Shown: in pieces, positions 7,029 to 7,477 of the stretch | How the letters are laid out: every line of letters starts with the position of its first letter | Position numbering within the stretch: the first letter of the stretch is position 1 | From: a virus | Taxonomy: Duplodnaviria > Heunggongvirae > Uroviricota > Caudoviricetes | Direction: 5' to 3' (one strand) | IMG/VR virus record: IMGVR_UViG_2663762992_000008 | DNA: 7,477 nucleotides | Translations under genes and position numbers: made by a program | The notes under the pieces: generated by a model | Seen by the model: only the letters and a program-made list of their open reading frames with translations | Told to the model about the DNA's origin: nothing | The model's database searches: none

Positions 7029-7388
7029 ATGAACACAAAAACACGCCCCTCAACGCTGCACTGGCAACCGGCCTTGCAGCGGCCTGAAGAATACGTCTGC
7101 GGACTGGATGATATTCACCAGGCAATACACATCATTCTGCGTACACCGCGCGGCAGTGATCCCCACAGACCGCTGTTTGGCAGCAATTTGTGGCACTACA
7201 TCGATTATCCCATCGAGCGGGCGATCCCGCATGTGGTACGGGAGTCGGTAGAGGCCATCCGCCAGTGGGAACCGCGCTGCCGGTTGCTGAAGGTGACACC
7301 TGTAATCGACGGTGAACATCTGACGTTACGTGTGCAATGGCGCGCCGCTGACGGCGTAATCAACTCAACGGAGGTGTTATGGCGATAG
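7029..7388 (+). CDS. gpW-like baseplate wedge protein (GPW/gp25 family)
   Basis: 119-aa ORF. ..IHIILRTPRGSDPHRPLFGS.. and ..QWEPRCRLL.. resemble P2 gpW as I recall it. Lies upstream of and overlapping a gpJ-like start. Confidence 0.75.
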   Translation: MNTKTRPSTLHWQPALQRPEEYVCGLDDIHQAIHIILRTPRGSDPHRPLFGSNLWHYIDYPIERAIPHVVRESVEAIRQWEPRCRLLKVTPVIDGEHLTLRVQWRAADGVINSTEVLWR

Positions 7389-7477
7389 CCGAACCCAATT
7401 TTATTGAACGCGATCCTGCGCAAATTACCAGCGAGATGATTGCGCAATACGAAGATGCCAGCGGCAAAAAGCTCTAC
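7379..7477 (+). CDS. gpJ-like baseplate protein, N-terminal 33 codons (3' partial, runs off the window)
   Basis: ATG at 7379 overlaps the gpW-like stop by 10 nt. Translation MAIAEPNFIERDPAQITSEMIAQYEDASGKKLY is open to the window end, in the conserved V-W-J order. Confidence 0.55.
   Translation, partial: MAIAEPNFIERDPAQITSEMIAQYEDASGKKLY

Noticed and set aside
1-7477. CRISPR arrays, tRNA/rRNA genes, IS elements or att-site repeats, and defence or toxin-antitoxin gene pairs
   Set aside because: No regularly spaced direct repeats, no tRNA-like structures, no terminal inverted repeats or transposase/integrase-like ORFs, and no small paired ORFs outside the tail genes were seen. The whole window is accounted for by tail structural genes.

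Overview
The window is a single-strand (+) contractile-tail morphogenesis module of a P2/phiCTX-like myovirus prophage, or possibly an R-type tailocin. Reading left to right: 3' end of a tail sheath gene, major tail tube, tail assembly chaperone with a candidate frameshift extension, a 783-aa tape measure protein, a gpU-like tail protein carrying an unusual C-terminal coiled-coil extension, a gpX-like LysM protein, a gpD-like baseplate hub, a gpV-like spike, a gpW-like wedge protein and the start of a gpJ-like baseplate protein. Family assignments rest on synteny and on motifs recalled from memory, not on any search. Genes are tightly packed with overlapping stop/start codons (TAATG, TGATG). 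I see no RNA genes, CRISPR array, integrase or transposase, and no obvious defence or toxin genes. The points worth a second look are the doubled-length gpU-like protein, a chaperone extension that sits in the +1 rather than the usual -1 frame, an intrinsic terminator between the spike and wedge genes, two strong inter-cistronic hairpins, and a run of ambiguous bases that breaks the sheath reading frame. None of these amounts to a clearly new system; the window reads as an ordinary tail operon with a few unusual details. All minus-strand ORFs in the track look like antisense artefacts.
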